A stretch of DNA of 58,711 nucleotides, the filler included, from Sphacelaria rigidula (taxonomy: Eukaryota), in NCBI GenBank assembly GCA_964200075.2. It is 7 parts of 7 records of this genome, joined end to end, with 100 filler letters (N's around TTAATTAATTAA, not from the genome) between each part and the next. Parts side by side here need not be neighbours in the genome. Positions count along the whole stretch, not along the records: positions 25,207 to 33,508 come from CAXNAA020011599.1; positions 33,609 to 41,909 come from CAXNAA020011600.1; 5 more parts are not named here. One strand, written 5' to 3'. This document shows, in pieces, positions 25,350-38,253 of this stretch. Under the pieces are notes generated by a model that was not told where the DNA came from, did no database searches, and saw only the letters and a list, made by a program, of their open reading frames with translations. How positions within the stretch are numbered: the stretch's first letter is position 1; each line of letters begins with the position of its first letter. Position numbers and translations under genes: made by a program.

Positions 25350-28300
25350 TTATTGCTGTTGCTGTTTCCATCGGGTATTGACGTTTTTGCTTGGGTGGTC
25401 TGTGTGTCCGGTTGGGCTTCGGTGGCGTGTGGTCCCAACTGGAGGTGAAGTTTTCACCGACCCGAAATTTCGCCTACCGATGATCTCCTTACTATAGGTG
25501 TTGTTCTTTTTCTCTGCGGGCTTCTCACTCGTCAACGCGTGCGAGCCGTTGTCTGGGGCTACCTGTGTGTAACTATTGGTCAATGATTTTGCGTTAGTGC
25601 ACCGGGTGCTGTTTTGAACTCGTGCACGCTTTCCGCTCGTCAACATGGACGTGCCGTTGTCCAGGGTTCCCTCGGAACTGCCAGACAACGGGTCTTCTTC
25701 TGCACCTCTATGGTCGTTTGCTCCCCTTAAGTAACTGGTTATCGAGTTTGCAAGCTTTGCGCTCGTCAACATGGACGTGACGTTGTTCAGGGTTCTCTCG
25801 GAACTGCCGAACGCCGGGTCTTCTGCACTGGGTGTGATTCGAATTTCACGGGGAGCATGAGTTCTGTTATTGTCTGATCCACCGACGTTCACGATTACCT
25901 GTGCGTAACTGCCGACCGCCGGATCTTCATCTGAACGATGATGGTTGGTTCGAACTCTTGCATACTTTGTGCTCGTCAACATGGACGTGCCGTTGTCCAG
26001 GGTTCCCTCGGAACTGCCAGACAACGGGTCTTCTTCTGCACCTCTATGTTCGTTTGCTCCCCTCAAGTCACTGGTTATCGAGTTTGCAAGCTTTCCGCTC
26101 GTCAACATGGACGTGACGTTGTTCAGGGTTCCCTCGGAACTGCCGAACGCCGGGTCTTGATCTGCACTGGGTATGATTCGAATTTCACGGGGAGCATGAG
26201 TTCTGTTATTGTCTGATCCACCGACGTTCAGGGATACCTGTGCGTAACTGCCGACCGCCGGATCTGCTTCTACACGTCTCCTGTCTGTGGGAATGTGCGA
26301 AGTGGTGTTGGCGTGGTGTCTGCGTGTACTGTTGTTTTCGTTAGTCATGGACGGATAGACTACCTGATCTTGTTGCTGACTTACCTGTGCGCGTTCCTGC
26401 TTTCCGTTGTACCTCAATGTCGACCGGTTACAGTGATCGTGCGGACCGTTGATCGCGTAATTATTGTTTTTCGTGTCATTGCGCGGGACGGTGTTCTCAT
26501 CGAGTATTTCATGCGTGTGAGCTCTGCCGTCCAATCTAGTGTACCCTGCCGGCCTTTGCTTGTTACAGTACGTCTTGGTGGAGTTGGTCATGGAAGTTGT
26601 TTTCGGTTGTGGGAAATGCGGAATGGAACTACGTGGTCTACCGCTGTGACGTGCATGTGGGTTGTTACGTGCGTTGGTACTTCTGCTCTCACCGTGAAAG
26701 AAGCTTGGCGCCACCGACCCCGGTTGGGGGGCCTGGGCGATACCCACCCACCTCGCTGAGTCCGTGACCGGTGCTCCTCCTCCCCCCAGACTGGTAGGCC
26801 CCGCCGACTGGCGGAGCCCGCACCCTCAGGTGCCCCGCCCAGCTCCGCCATTTCCGCCGAAGCTGTGGGAAAAACGCGCCACTGTACTCGCTGCGGTCGC
26901 CGGTGCTGCTGGCGTTAGCGGTTATGTCGTCGCCGCCGGCGGGGCTGTTGGAGCTGTCTGGAACGCCGCTGGCGGCTGGAGGGGAGGGCCTCCGCCGGCT
27001 TCATGCTTGCTTGTGTGCTACGGGAGGCGGCAGCCGCGCCCCCGTGGGCATGTGGGGCCCTGCCAAGCTCGTAAGCAGACGCCCGCCGGCGGGGCCCATG
27101 ACTACAGTTCAGTGTTGAAATCGGTGTTCGGTGGCGTGAGGTGTTGCCACTGGGGCGGGTACGGCGGGGGTCGGGGAGCGACGCGTTTGACCGCGTTGCT
27201 CGTGCCCCCGTCGGGGAATGCCTTTCGCTTGACGGCTGTCTTGGGGGCGGGCTGCGCGAGTGAGCCTGCTACCGCGAGCCCGGAGTTTTGGCGACCGATG
27301 AGGCTGCTGGGGTGGCCGTCGGCGGTTAGCGTTTTCACACGGGTTAACGATGGCACCGGCACCGCGGGGCCCTGCTTGTTGGCGGGTGGGGCGGCGGGAG
27401 ACTCCATGCGTAGGTTCAATCCCGCGTCCCTGCATTCTGTGAGCCATCCGTTGATGTCGTGGTTAAAGTCAGAAATGTTGCGGGTTTTGACGGCCGCGTC
27501 GTCTCTGTGTAGAGCGGCGTAATGTTTCCCCGTATACGCGTCCAGCGCCGACGCCATCCTCGTCAGCTCTCCTGTGATGAAGGCTCGCCTATCCCGCCCG
27601 CCGTCGTTGTCGGTGGTGCCGAAGTTGATGATGATGGTCAGCGCCTTGGTGAATGTTGTGACATGGACCTCAGCGCGAAAGTAGTTATTCTTTATGCCAG
27701 GCGGCACCGGGGACTGGAAGTTGGTGACGTCTACGTCGGTCAACGTCTGGAGATTGCTCAGCATGCCCCGGTTGGTGTCGGCCACGTCGCGGAGTTTTAG
27801 TTTCAAGTTTGCGTCAGACATGGGAATGGAAATGGAGACCCCGCCCCTGAGGATGTGGAAGAGTGCCTTGTTTTCGTTCGAGAGCCAGCTGTTAATCTCC
27901 CGCTTCTCCTGCATTTCTTCGACCTTCTTCGTACTGGCGGGGGCGGCGTTGGCAGCTCTCATTGCATGCATGAGTTGTTGGATCTGACCCCCTCCTCCGC
28001 CACTGAAAAGTTGAAGGAGTTGGTGGACCGGGGATTGCGGCTGTGCTTGGTGGTATTGCTGTGGTTGCTGTTGATGGAGTTGTTGTACGTGGTGCTGGTC
28101 AGGCTGCGATTGCTGTTGTTGCTTCGGCGGCTGAGGCTGTTGGTGTTGGTGCTGCGGTTGTTGGTGCTGCTCGTGCTGCTGAGGTTGATACTGCTGCTGC
28201 TGCTGTTGCGGTTGATGATGGTGATGTGGCTGCGACTGCTGGAGTTGGTGATGCGGTAGTGGCTCTCCGATGGGTGGCGGCAGTGGGACGCTGGGTGCAA

Positions 28301-28854
28301 GCAGGGAGGCCCCGTTTACTCTTCCTCCCGCCATGTGCTGTTGCTGCGCGGCGCTCGCCGGCTGTTGGTCGACCCCGCCTTGGACGGCCCCGCCTTGCTG
28401 TTGTGGTTGTTCGTACTGGAGAAGATGTACCTGCTGTTGAAGGTTCAAGATTGCCTGGCTCTGTTGCTGCTGTCGGTGAAGGTTTTGCTGGTGTTGCTGT
28501 TCCATGTTGATGTTCGTTTTCGCCTGTGCATGCAGGGTTTCACCTAGAATGTCTGATGGCTCACTTGGGCCAGGTGGGGGTCCGAGAGGCGGTGGGGGGG
28601 GGTGCAGGTGCGTTACTATTCACCTGGCCTGCACTACCTTGCGGGCGGGCATGCTGGTTGACGGAGATCGGGTTGCTGTGCAGGCCTCCGGCTTGTGGTG
28701 CCGAAGCTCGGCGTGGTTCCCGTCCTGCGGCCCTTCCCTCTTTTGCTCCTGCCGTTGCTCGAGCTCCTGATGTGCTGTGGGGGTGTTGGTCTTGGCTTTG
28801 CGAAGCTGCTCTTCCCGCTGCTACTGCTGCTCCCGATGTTGATGTTTTGTCCAT
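25350..28854 (-). pseudogene. Decayed intronless ORF cluster (Gln-rich ORF, degenerate CCCH-like finger, repeat-containing ORF), probably the gag-like 5' part of a retroelement (DIRS/Ngaro-like?)
   Basis: ORF 28854-28561 frameshifts at a C-run into the 467-aa polyQ ORF (28505-27102). Reading through its TAG gives CLRAWQGPTCPRGRGCRLP*H. A 465-aa ORF (26747-25350) with internal repeats follows. No RT or tyrosine recombinase motif is seen before the contig end, so the class is inferred. Confidence 0.45.
25635..26265. repeat. Two ~292-bp direct repeats (period 336), each with a 126-bp internal sub-repeat
   Basis: GCTCGTCAACATGGACGTG at 25635, 25761, 25971 and 26097. All spacings are multiples of 3. 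Confidence 0.9.
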
Positions 28855-31109
28855 TGTAAAAATCGATCAAGTGCCAGGGACTACTGTACTACTGAGACTG
28901 CTGGCGTGTCGCTGACTGGTCAACTGGTCTCGAGTGATGCTGTCTGCTTCTTTGGTGCTCTTGCATCAGACCAGTCTCGCCCGCTTGAACCAACTCTGCG
29001 GCGTTTGCGCCTTGGACACGCGATCCCTTATATCTTATTTCAACTTTGGCATACGCCAGAGTACATCCCTTATAAGTCGTCATCCGCCAACACAAACCTC
29101 GTATTCATACTGAACACACCCATTCTCTCATCGCACAAGCAAGTGTTTAATACCAACACTGCGCAGCAGCCTCTGCGAGCTCTCTTGTCAGAGCTGGGTT
29201 CACCAGCTGAACTAATTGTTCCTGTCACGTTGACAGTTGAACACTGTGTATTTTGTACCCAAGCCATGACAGCCATATATATTCCAACAAAGTGCCATGG
29301 TAAGGCTTGCGTATTCAGCCTTGAATGGATTTCATTCAGGGGCTCCTAAAGTTAGGAGCTACACGGAAAAATGGGTCAGGACATTCCCGTTTTCATATTC
29401 ATTCGGGATATCCCTAGCACATTGGGATAAAATTCATTCGGGATATCCCTAGCACATTGGAATGCTAATGATCGTAGCGTGCTCTCACATATTCGTGAGT
29501 CATGGTTTGGATGAGATAGAGGGCTCCTAACGATTCGAACCTCTGCAAATATTTGTACACCCCTACCGTAGCACCGCACTCTTGCTGTAAAAACTTAAAG
29601 GGCTGCAAAGGAACCACCACAAAAAGCCCTTTCGGGACTTTTTTTTACAGCTGCTGTCCGGCCGTGTCAGCTCTTCAGTTGAGGGGACAAGTGATTCCAC
29701 GGTAGGGGTGAAAATTTCAATCTAAAAGATTTGGTAGACTGTACACTTAAGGCCCAGATGTTTTGTCATCCAGAGACTCCGATATTGCAGGGCCTCAGAA
29801 AAAAATGATGCACCCCTACCGTAGAACACACCCTACCGTAGAACAACTCGGATAGAGACAACTGCAGAGACGACGGTGGCAGCAGCAACAGCTGCAACAG
29901 GAGAGGACTTGGCGACACCGGTCGGTGGTAGCTGCCTCTGCAGACGCTCTGCAGATGGGAGTCAGTAGAGTAGAGCAACGAAAGCTCCAAATTGCAGCAT
30001 TGACGCACCCCTCTGCACCACGCTATAGCAAACGTTAGGTCACCACCATAGGTATCTTTCTTCACTCCACATGTCAAGAAGGTCTCCACAAGTGTTTGAC
30101 CTCACACACACACACACACACACCAACTGGCCTGTGGCAGGCTCTCGTGGTCGGGTACGTATGTCATGTCACGTAAAATCAACGATGTATAATGTTGGAA
30201 AAATCTAGACGATGTATTCTATATTCATTATGTTTGAATGAAGTTGTTGCAACAAAAGATAGCGGTACAATCTGTTGCGTTTCAACGAAACAATGAACCA
30301 CGTAAGACCGTTTCATTAGTATCCTTTCCACGGAGAGTGCCTCTTCTGTGTTGATTTATAGTCTACGTTTCAGGTAGGATACTGCTACAGTAGACTTGTT
30401 GCCATGATTTGTCAATGAAAGATACTCTAGCAGAGTATTTAGGCCACGTAAGCTACAGGATATCTTGTGTGCAACTTTGCAGTTAATCTAAGCTAGCAAG
30501 GCCACCGCGTCAGCAATAGCGAGGTTGAATTGAATGATACGATTAGACCTTACGTACGTGTAGAGTGTTGGATTCTTCTTCCAGGATTAAGCATGGTTGT
30601 ATTCGGTGTTCTATCACCCTTGCAATCATTCTCCCAAGCTTACCAAGCTTACCCAGCTCTCCTTCATTTCCTCAGCGCTCTGCTTGCAAAAGAGGCTGCC
30701 TTGATTTTGTTCGGCCGAAGTGAATAGCCCCAAACACCATTTTTGTCTTTGGATTTTCTGTCTGCTGCAGAAGCAAGTGGTTTGACTACCACTGTGCAAC
30801 CTCTGCTAACCTACTGTCTCTGCGACGGTAGTCGGTGTGTTTCGAGAACAATATCCAACGCCACGAGCCACAAATATTATCAACATATAACACCCCCCAA
30901 GTTCAAACTGGATCTGTTATTTTTGCCGCCGCGCATCATCCGTGCTGACATGTGTGTGACAGAGAACAGTAGTAGCGGTGACGGGAACGTTGCCCTGTTT
31001 TTCAACGACATGTTTTTCAGCGCACAGAGGCGCGTCCTGTCCAAAAAGAGAGGCAGAGAGAGATTGATCTTCGCAATGGTGAGCTGCAGAGACAAAAAGT
31101 GAAGGAATC

Positions 31110-31643
31110 CAAGGGTAGGTCGAGTAGAGTATGTACTTTTGAGTACTCGAGTAAAATACTCGAGTATTTACTCTACTCGACGTTTGAGTAGGTCGAGTAG
31201 GGCCTGCGATACTCTACTCAATATTTGAGTAGATCGAGTACGACCTCAAGTACTCTACTTAAATATTGAGTAAGCACTCTCAGTAATACTTGAGTGTAGA
31301 GTATCACTTGAGGATGACCTCAATACTCTACTCAAATTTTGAGTACGTTGAGTATTGTCTCAAATTCTCTACTCAAAGTTTGAGTACGTCGAGTACGACC
31401 TCAAATACTCTACTCAACTTTTGAGTGAGTGCCCTCAGTAATACTTGAGTATAGAGTATAGCTTGAGTATGACCTCAATACTCTACTCAATTTTTGAGTA
31501 AGTCGAGTACGGTCTAAAATACTCTACTCAAATTTTGAGTAGGTTGAGTACGGTCTCAAATACTCTACTTAAATTTTGAGTACTAAAAGTATGGCTCTCC
31601 AAAAATACTGCGTATTGAGTATACTCTACTCGACCTACCCTTA
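31110..31643. mobile_element. Non-autonomous DNA transposon with 8-bp TSD, built of ~40-bp palindromic subrepeats
   Basis: TIRs (C/T)AAGGGTAGGTCGAGTAGAGTAT. Perfect TSD AAGGAATC at 31102-31109 and 31644-31651. Interior of repeated TACTCTACTCAA..TTTGAGTA. Confidence 0.9.
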
Positions 31644-31751
31644 AAGGAATCTCTCCGCAGCTCGATGTTCTTTGGGGGGCTGTGCACAGCACCATAACAA
31701 CATGCCTACCCGGCACATGAGAAGTTTGGTACGGGCTGGTAACATGCATGG

Positions 31752-33160
31752 TGTTAGAAAAGTGTCGCGATGACCCCTTTGACGTGATCGCTAGAGTTGG
31801 CGCAATGGCACTTAAGCCAAGCAAGCAGACAACCTGCTTCGGAGTGTAGACAGAAGATGATGTGCAAGGTGCCTCTTGCGGGCGAGACAGTCCAAACAAC
31901 CCACCGTGTTGAACTGTCAACCGAGTAGAGTGCTTCATGGATCACAGCTGCTATCCCACATTATTCGCCTCCACATCAGACCAAACCTTCGAGACCGGTA
32001 CCTGCGATCCCAACACTACATATATATAAAGTCAATACCACACGAAGCGTTGAAGAGCATGGCTCCACAGCCTCATTTTCTAACACTCCCCCTCAACGCA
32101 AGTATAACTCTTTACCATTCACACTCCCCCTTAATGCAAATACGTACTAGTTTCAAACATCCACATATGTCCCGGCACTCAAGAACGAAAGAAGAACTCA
32201 AAGCTACAACCAGGCTGTACTCATATTTTGAATGTGCTGATCAGCTTGGCGAGATGGCGGTGCCCGTGTTTGCTGAGGTACTTGGTCCCTATGTCTGCGA
32301 GTTGGTCTTCGGTCTTGACGTGACGAATGTCGATCCTTCCCTCCTTGACTAATTCCTGAATGAAGAAGTACCGTAGAGCTACGTGCTTCACTCTCGAGCT
32401 GTAAGTTCGGTTGCCTGCGACGTGGAGAGTTGAAGTGTTGTCGATGTAGACCGGAACGGAGTCGAAGCTTGTGCCAAATCCCATCTCCCGCATCATATTC
32501 GACCAAAATATGACTTCCTTCATGGTGAGTGCAGCGACCACGAGTTCTGCTTCCATCGTCGATTGCGCCCATAATCCTTGTTGTCCTACCTTGAAACTGA
32601 CGATGCCATTCGAGCGAAAGAGAAGATATGATGATGTTGATTTCCCGTTGTCGGGGTTGTTGCCCCAGTTCGCCTCTGAAAAAGCCGTCAATTGGAAACC
32701 ACCCTGGTTATAGGTGATGTCATGGTCCGTAATGCCGGCCAAATATCGAAGTAAGTGTTTTGCAGCTGCCACATGCGCCTTCGACGGTTTGGACATTGCC
32801 CGTGCCAGTTGATTCACGCCGTATCCAATGTTGTAGCGGGTCACTCGAGCGAGATACATCACACTGCCTGTGATGGGCTGGAAGCGCTGTTTGTCCTCCT
32901 CGTTGGGTATTTTGTCTCTCGGCTGGTCCAGTGACAGTGCTTGTCCCGCCCCAGGAGTGCACGCCGGGTTGCAGTTCTCTATCTCGTATCGTTCCTGGAG
33001 AGACTTATTGTAATTTGTGTGGCTGGTGTTGACTATCTTGCTATTACGGTCACGAACAGCCTCCATTCCCAGCACTAACGATACATCTCCCATGCCCGTC
33101 ATGAAAAATCGTCCCATTGGTTTATGTTTGATTATTTCCAGCACCTTGTTGTCAGTCTGT
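31752..33160 (-). mobile_element. 5'-truncated Ty1/Copia LTR retrotransposon: RT C-terminus/RNase H ORF (33144-32221), PPT and 334-bp 3' LTR (32085-31752)
   Basis: Copia motifs GSVMYLA, AAKHLLRYL, FSEANWGNNPDNGKSTS, AQSTMEAELV, VYIDNTS, SRVKHVALRYFFI and EDQLADIGTK. PPT GAGGGGGAG abuts an LTR with 10-bp inverted ends TGTTAGAAAA/TTTTCTAACA. Confidence 0.93.
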
Positions 33161-33289
33161 CACCGCTCCAGGTTGTACCCCCAAACTATTACCGACATCA
33201 TGCGGATACGCTGAATCCTGCAGGTCGGAATAACTGACGCAACCGAAACCGGGGATTTGTTTCCAGCCCAGCACTCCAACTCGAACCTT

Positions 33290-33508
<219 letters not shown>

Positions 33509-34020
33509 NNNNNNNNNNNNNNNNNNNNNNNNNNNNNNNNNNNNNNNNNNNNTTAATTAATTAANNNNNNNNNNNNNNNNNNNNNNNNNNNNNNNNNNNN
33601 NNNNNNNNCCAGAGTTGCTTAACCCTTGGACCGCGGTGCCCGTATTCCATCTGGACCACGCGGGTACTTTTTCCAAGTGAATATTGATGCCGATTCAGCA
33701 GGTGACCCACTCTCGCACTCAACGGGTAACTCCTGCTGCGGAGTTTGGGGGGGGAAGATACTTTCGCTCTGTGTTACTCTTTCGTATCTTCCCTGCAATA
33801 GAGAAATGGGACTTCAACCTCATTTTTTGTTTCAACCCCAAAAATTAGGACCGGCTGTTAAGTTCACACCCGTCTCTGACCAACTCTAAACAGACGTGCA
33901 GTCTTAAAAGAGCCTGGGATGAGATATAAAGCCGGACTGATCGACCCTCTGAGGTAGAACAACAACAGGCTAATATGCTTCTCATGATACTGACCCACCC
34001 AGACGAACCTGTAATACAGC

Positions 34021-37000
34021 TGCGAGAATTTATCCTCAGAAGCAGCGAAAACTAAAGCTTTTCTTCACTCGTAAAGTCATGAGCGGCTGATAAGGCACAC
34101 CTAAGAAGACACTCTCGCACCCTCTCCCACACCTCAGAAAATAACGGAAGTATATTCTGCTTCGAGAAGCAGAGAAAGTAGTGCTTCGAAACGCGGGAGC
34201 ACAAACTGCTTTTACGTGCTAGCGATCAACTAAGAACAAATATTGCTTCGGCGTACTAGCAAAACAAAGGGGAAAACTAGGGAGGTACAAGAGGGAGCAT
34301 AGCTTCTACATGGGGGATTCCAAAGAGAAAACGGCAAGATCAGTAAGCGACCAGCGCATGTTGGTCGGAAGCAAGGGAACATAATAAGAAAACCGGTCAT
34401 CCAACGAGATCGAGCGCCAGCCAAAAGGGGATACTAGGGCTCTAGTAGTCGAAGATAGTGGGTGGCTCCTAGTAGTCTCCGATCGTCGTCCGATGTAGGT
34501 GGTCCTGTTGTGGATGTAGAGTCGGGTCCTAGCGAAGAAGAGAAGGCAACAATAGTGAAGAAGGGAAGAAGCGTTGCATGGAAGGAGCGTGGTTCAAAGC
34601 GGGGCGTGGACGTCGTGGGTGTGGTCGGTATTGCGCTGGATACCGCGGCGAAGTCCTTTGAACTTGAGCCGCTGAAGGCACCGAGATCCGCGTGGTCCAG
34701 ATGGGCTCGTGGTATATAGTAGTGCTGGTCGGAGCTTGAGCTGTATGGGTCCAGGGTCATCGATGAAGCGCACAATGTATGTGTGGGCATAAACCAGGTT
34801 AGCGGAGTGGGTCTGACCCAACCACCAGAGGTTGTCGCTGCCTTTGAACCAAAGGTAGCTGCCCTTGGGTAGTATTCGCTGGCTTGCGAAGAATTTCGCC
34901 TTACAAGTCTTGGTGGGTACAAGTTCGTAGCCATCGGCGACAAAGCGTAGTCCTTGATCGCGGTGAAGTTCGCGGGCTGCTGCACCACGACGCATGTTGC
35001 GATATTTCTTGTTGTGAGCAAGATGCTGATGTTGGGATTGCGTCCAGTTCAGGAGGATTGCCCGGCGGTGCAATTGAAGGTCGGATTCGCATTCCCAAGA
35101 GGCTCTCCGGAGACCGTGCCAGTGGGTCTTATACATGCCAGCAATTTTGCCACCTTGACCACGGGTTATCCGGTGTCCGGAGATGGTGGACACGGTCAAT
35201 CGGAGGGGCTGTTCCGTCACGTCGTCGGTTGTAACTTGATATGGTGGGGATGTGATCGAGCAGCTGTTGAGAACATACTGTGTGAGTCCGGCAGGCAAGT
35301 ACTTGGGCATGTCGCCAGTATTATCCGGGTTCCTGCAGGGTTTGCACCTGTGCACGGAGAGGCGGGGCTGGGTGTTCTTGCCCTGGAAGTCGCGAGGCAT
35401 GTCGAGATAGAGCAGTTTGTCACCAACGGGTTCATCATGCGGTGATGATGGCGATGGTCCGACTGTCAGGATCTTGAATGGTCCTGTCCAATTGAGGGAC
35501 AAGTTTGTCTTCGAAATGTTTTCGTTGGCTGCCTTGCTGGTGCCTTAGCGGATGGTCGACAAACTGTTGTAGACCCAAACCCAATCGCCAACTTTCCAGT
35601 TGGGGCGTTTGTGCATGAGGTTGTGAAGAGCAGTGTTTAATCTCTCAAGACGCGAGGCGTTGATAGCGTGTTGTTCGCGCACGAGGGTAAACGCTTTGCT
35701 TTGTCGTGAATGCGCTAGTTCGTGATAGGATGTCTGATCCCGATCCAATCCTTGGTAGCCAGCGAACGTGTGTCGCTCGAACACGGTGATGGGCAGCCGA
35801 GGGTAGCGTCCAAGATGGATTTCGTTCGGGAAAAGGCTCGTGGCGGCGTTAACCGAGTTGTTGTAGGACAAGATAATGTGCGAGAGATGTAGGTCCCAGC
35901 CATTTTGGCGGTCATTGACGACCATAGAGAGCATCTAGGCCACGGTGTGATTGGCTCTTTCGGTACCACCGTTACCGTTCGGGTGGTAGGCGCTCGTGGC
36001 AATGTTTCGGATCCCCAGGAGCTTGTAAAGATCATCAGAGAGATCTGAGCAAAATTGCTGACCATTGTCTGAAAGGAGTCGTTTCGGGCAACCGTAGTGC
36101 TTGATATGTAGTCGTGGACCAACATATTGGCCGTTCCGGCGGCAGTGAAATCTGCAGCGATTACCACGTATATGGACGGTGGCGGCTGAAGCGGTCAGTG
36201 AAGAGTAAGATGTAGGTGTTGCCGCGACCTGTGGTCGGCAGAGGGCCAAAGTAGTCAAAGGACACAAGGTGGCGCCAGGTGTTGGGGAGTCCCATAGAGA
36301 TGACGGGGCAGCGTACTGTCTGCCGTGAAGTTTTTCGAGCTTGGTATTTGAAGCATCGCCAATCCAGAAGCGGGTGGGAGTCTCCATATCAACCCACCTG
36401 TAGGAACGTTCCAGGAGCGCTACGGTGCGAGTGACGTCAAGGTGACATGACAAGTCTGTGTGACAGCCTTTCATGACCCAGTAGCGCATTAATAATTAGA
36501 CATACATGCGCGTTGGTTCGTCATTGAGTAGTCGTGCGTGGCGTCCCGTGGTCGAGACAGAAAGTGCGCCCGTCAAAGGCATGGGGCGACGCACGAGTAC
36601 TTGTACGCCTTCATCCGAAATGAAAATGGTACCTTTACGCAAGAGTTCGTACACGTCAGAGATATCTGGTGATGGCAGTGTGCCAACCGGGGCCAGAAGG
36701 ACGGATATAAAAGGGACTGGGCAGTGTGACGGAATTACGCCGTCACGGTTGAGTATATAGTGGATCCTGGATGATGACCAGGGGACAAGGGCATCCTGTG
36801 GATGATGACCCTTGCTGTGTAGCCCAGGCTTGTGGCATGGGGCTACAGATGTTTACTCCGAGATAATGATAAGGTGTTGGAATGGCTGACAACTGAGAAC
36901 ATTGAGGCCAGTGGAGCTGGGGAGTCCCTCAACGGCATTTAGACGCTGCAGTACTAGCAAACCTGCTAGCGTCACAGTATCGATATTTGTGCTAGTGCTT

Positions 37001-38222
37001 GGGCGTGCTAGTAGGTACTATCGTTTGAGACTGCTAAACCTTTAGCAGGGAGAGTCTGGAAAACTTGTGATTGGCTTCGGGGCACAGGGCTTCAGGGACG
37101 CGTGAGAAGGCTCCAAGCTGAGGCAGCTGCAAAGACGGCTGGCCCGTGATTGATCCAGACTGGAGGCTTGCTGGAGCTGCGTACAGCGGGTGTTTATACG
37201 ACCCCAGGGCTATGTTGGAGCGGCGAAGACAGCAGGTGTGATCTGAAGTTCGAGAAGGTTTAGAGAAATCCTCGAGTTTCCGCTCAAGAAGGTCGACCGC
37301 GGAGGTCCCGGTCATAGAGCCAGCGGAAACAACCGTAACCCCAGTCGTTCTAAGGGAAGTGTTGCGGCCGCCCAGTTACGGGAGCTTGTTTTTTGAGGGT
37401 GCCTCTAGATCGTTTTACACGAAATACATGGAATACAAAAGGAGGGTGGAGCATGCGAATGCAGGGGGTGCGGTGAGGCATCATCAGGTGGTTTCGATGG
37501 GGCAATTAGTACCAACAGCCTTACATAGCGTCTTCGCGAGGCGGTTCCATGAAAAGCATACCATAACGCCGCTGCAGTGGCCACAGCGATAAAGAAGCAC
37601 GCAGAGCATGCGGCAGGCGCGGAGGTAGAGCTTACTCAGGCGTCCGCGGGAATGGCAAAGGCCGTCGCACTGAACCACAAGGGGAGGATCATGCGTGAGA
37701 AGGTGGAGCCCATAATGGGTAAGTTGGAAACCTATTTTGCGGAAAATCCCAACGTAGAGATGATGCATAGTTCGTCCGATGGGAAAATTCGCCCAGGGTC
37801 CGCTGCGGTGGTTACTAAAGCGATGGTGGAGGGTCTGGCCTGGGCAGAATTTAAGCAGGCCGTGCTTGTACAGTTACAGCGCGAGATAAATTGGAAGTCG
37901 GACCCGTATTTAGTCATGGATACGGTGGTGGCCGAAGCTCAGGCATGGCGGCGAGTCGAAGTGTTCGGAAAATCATCCACTTCATCACCGCAGTCTTCGA
38001 GCTCGCGTAACCGCGGACCAATACCCGTAGGCAGTGCCGCCTCCAATTTTACTTGTTTTTAGTGTGGCCAGGTCGGTCACATCGCACGAAATTGCCAAAC
38101 GCCCTCTGAGGGGGAGTCTGGGAAGACCAGTGCCGCGCGCCCTCACAAAGGGAAAAGACGAGGTAGTCGCGATGGTGGCGGTGGCGGATCCTCCAGCGGT
38201 GGAGGTACACAGTCGACTTCCT

Positions 38223-38253
<31 letters not shown>

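Noticed and set aside
31110-31643. CRISPR-like array
   Set aside because: No unique spacers or cas genes; bounded by TIRs and a TSD in eukaryotic DNA.
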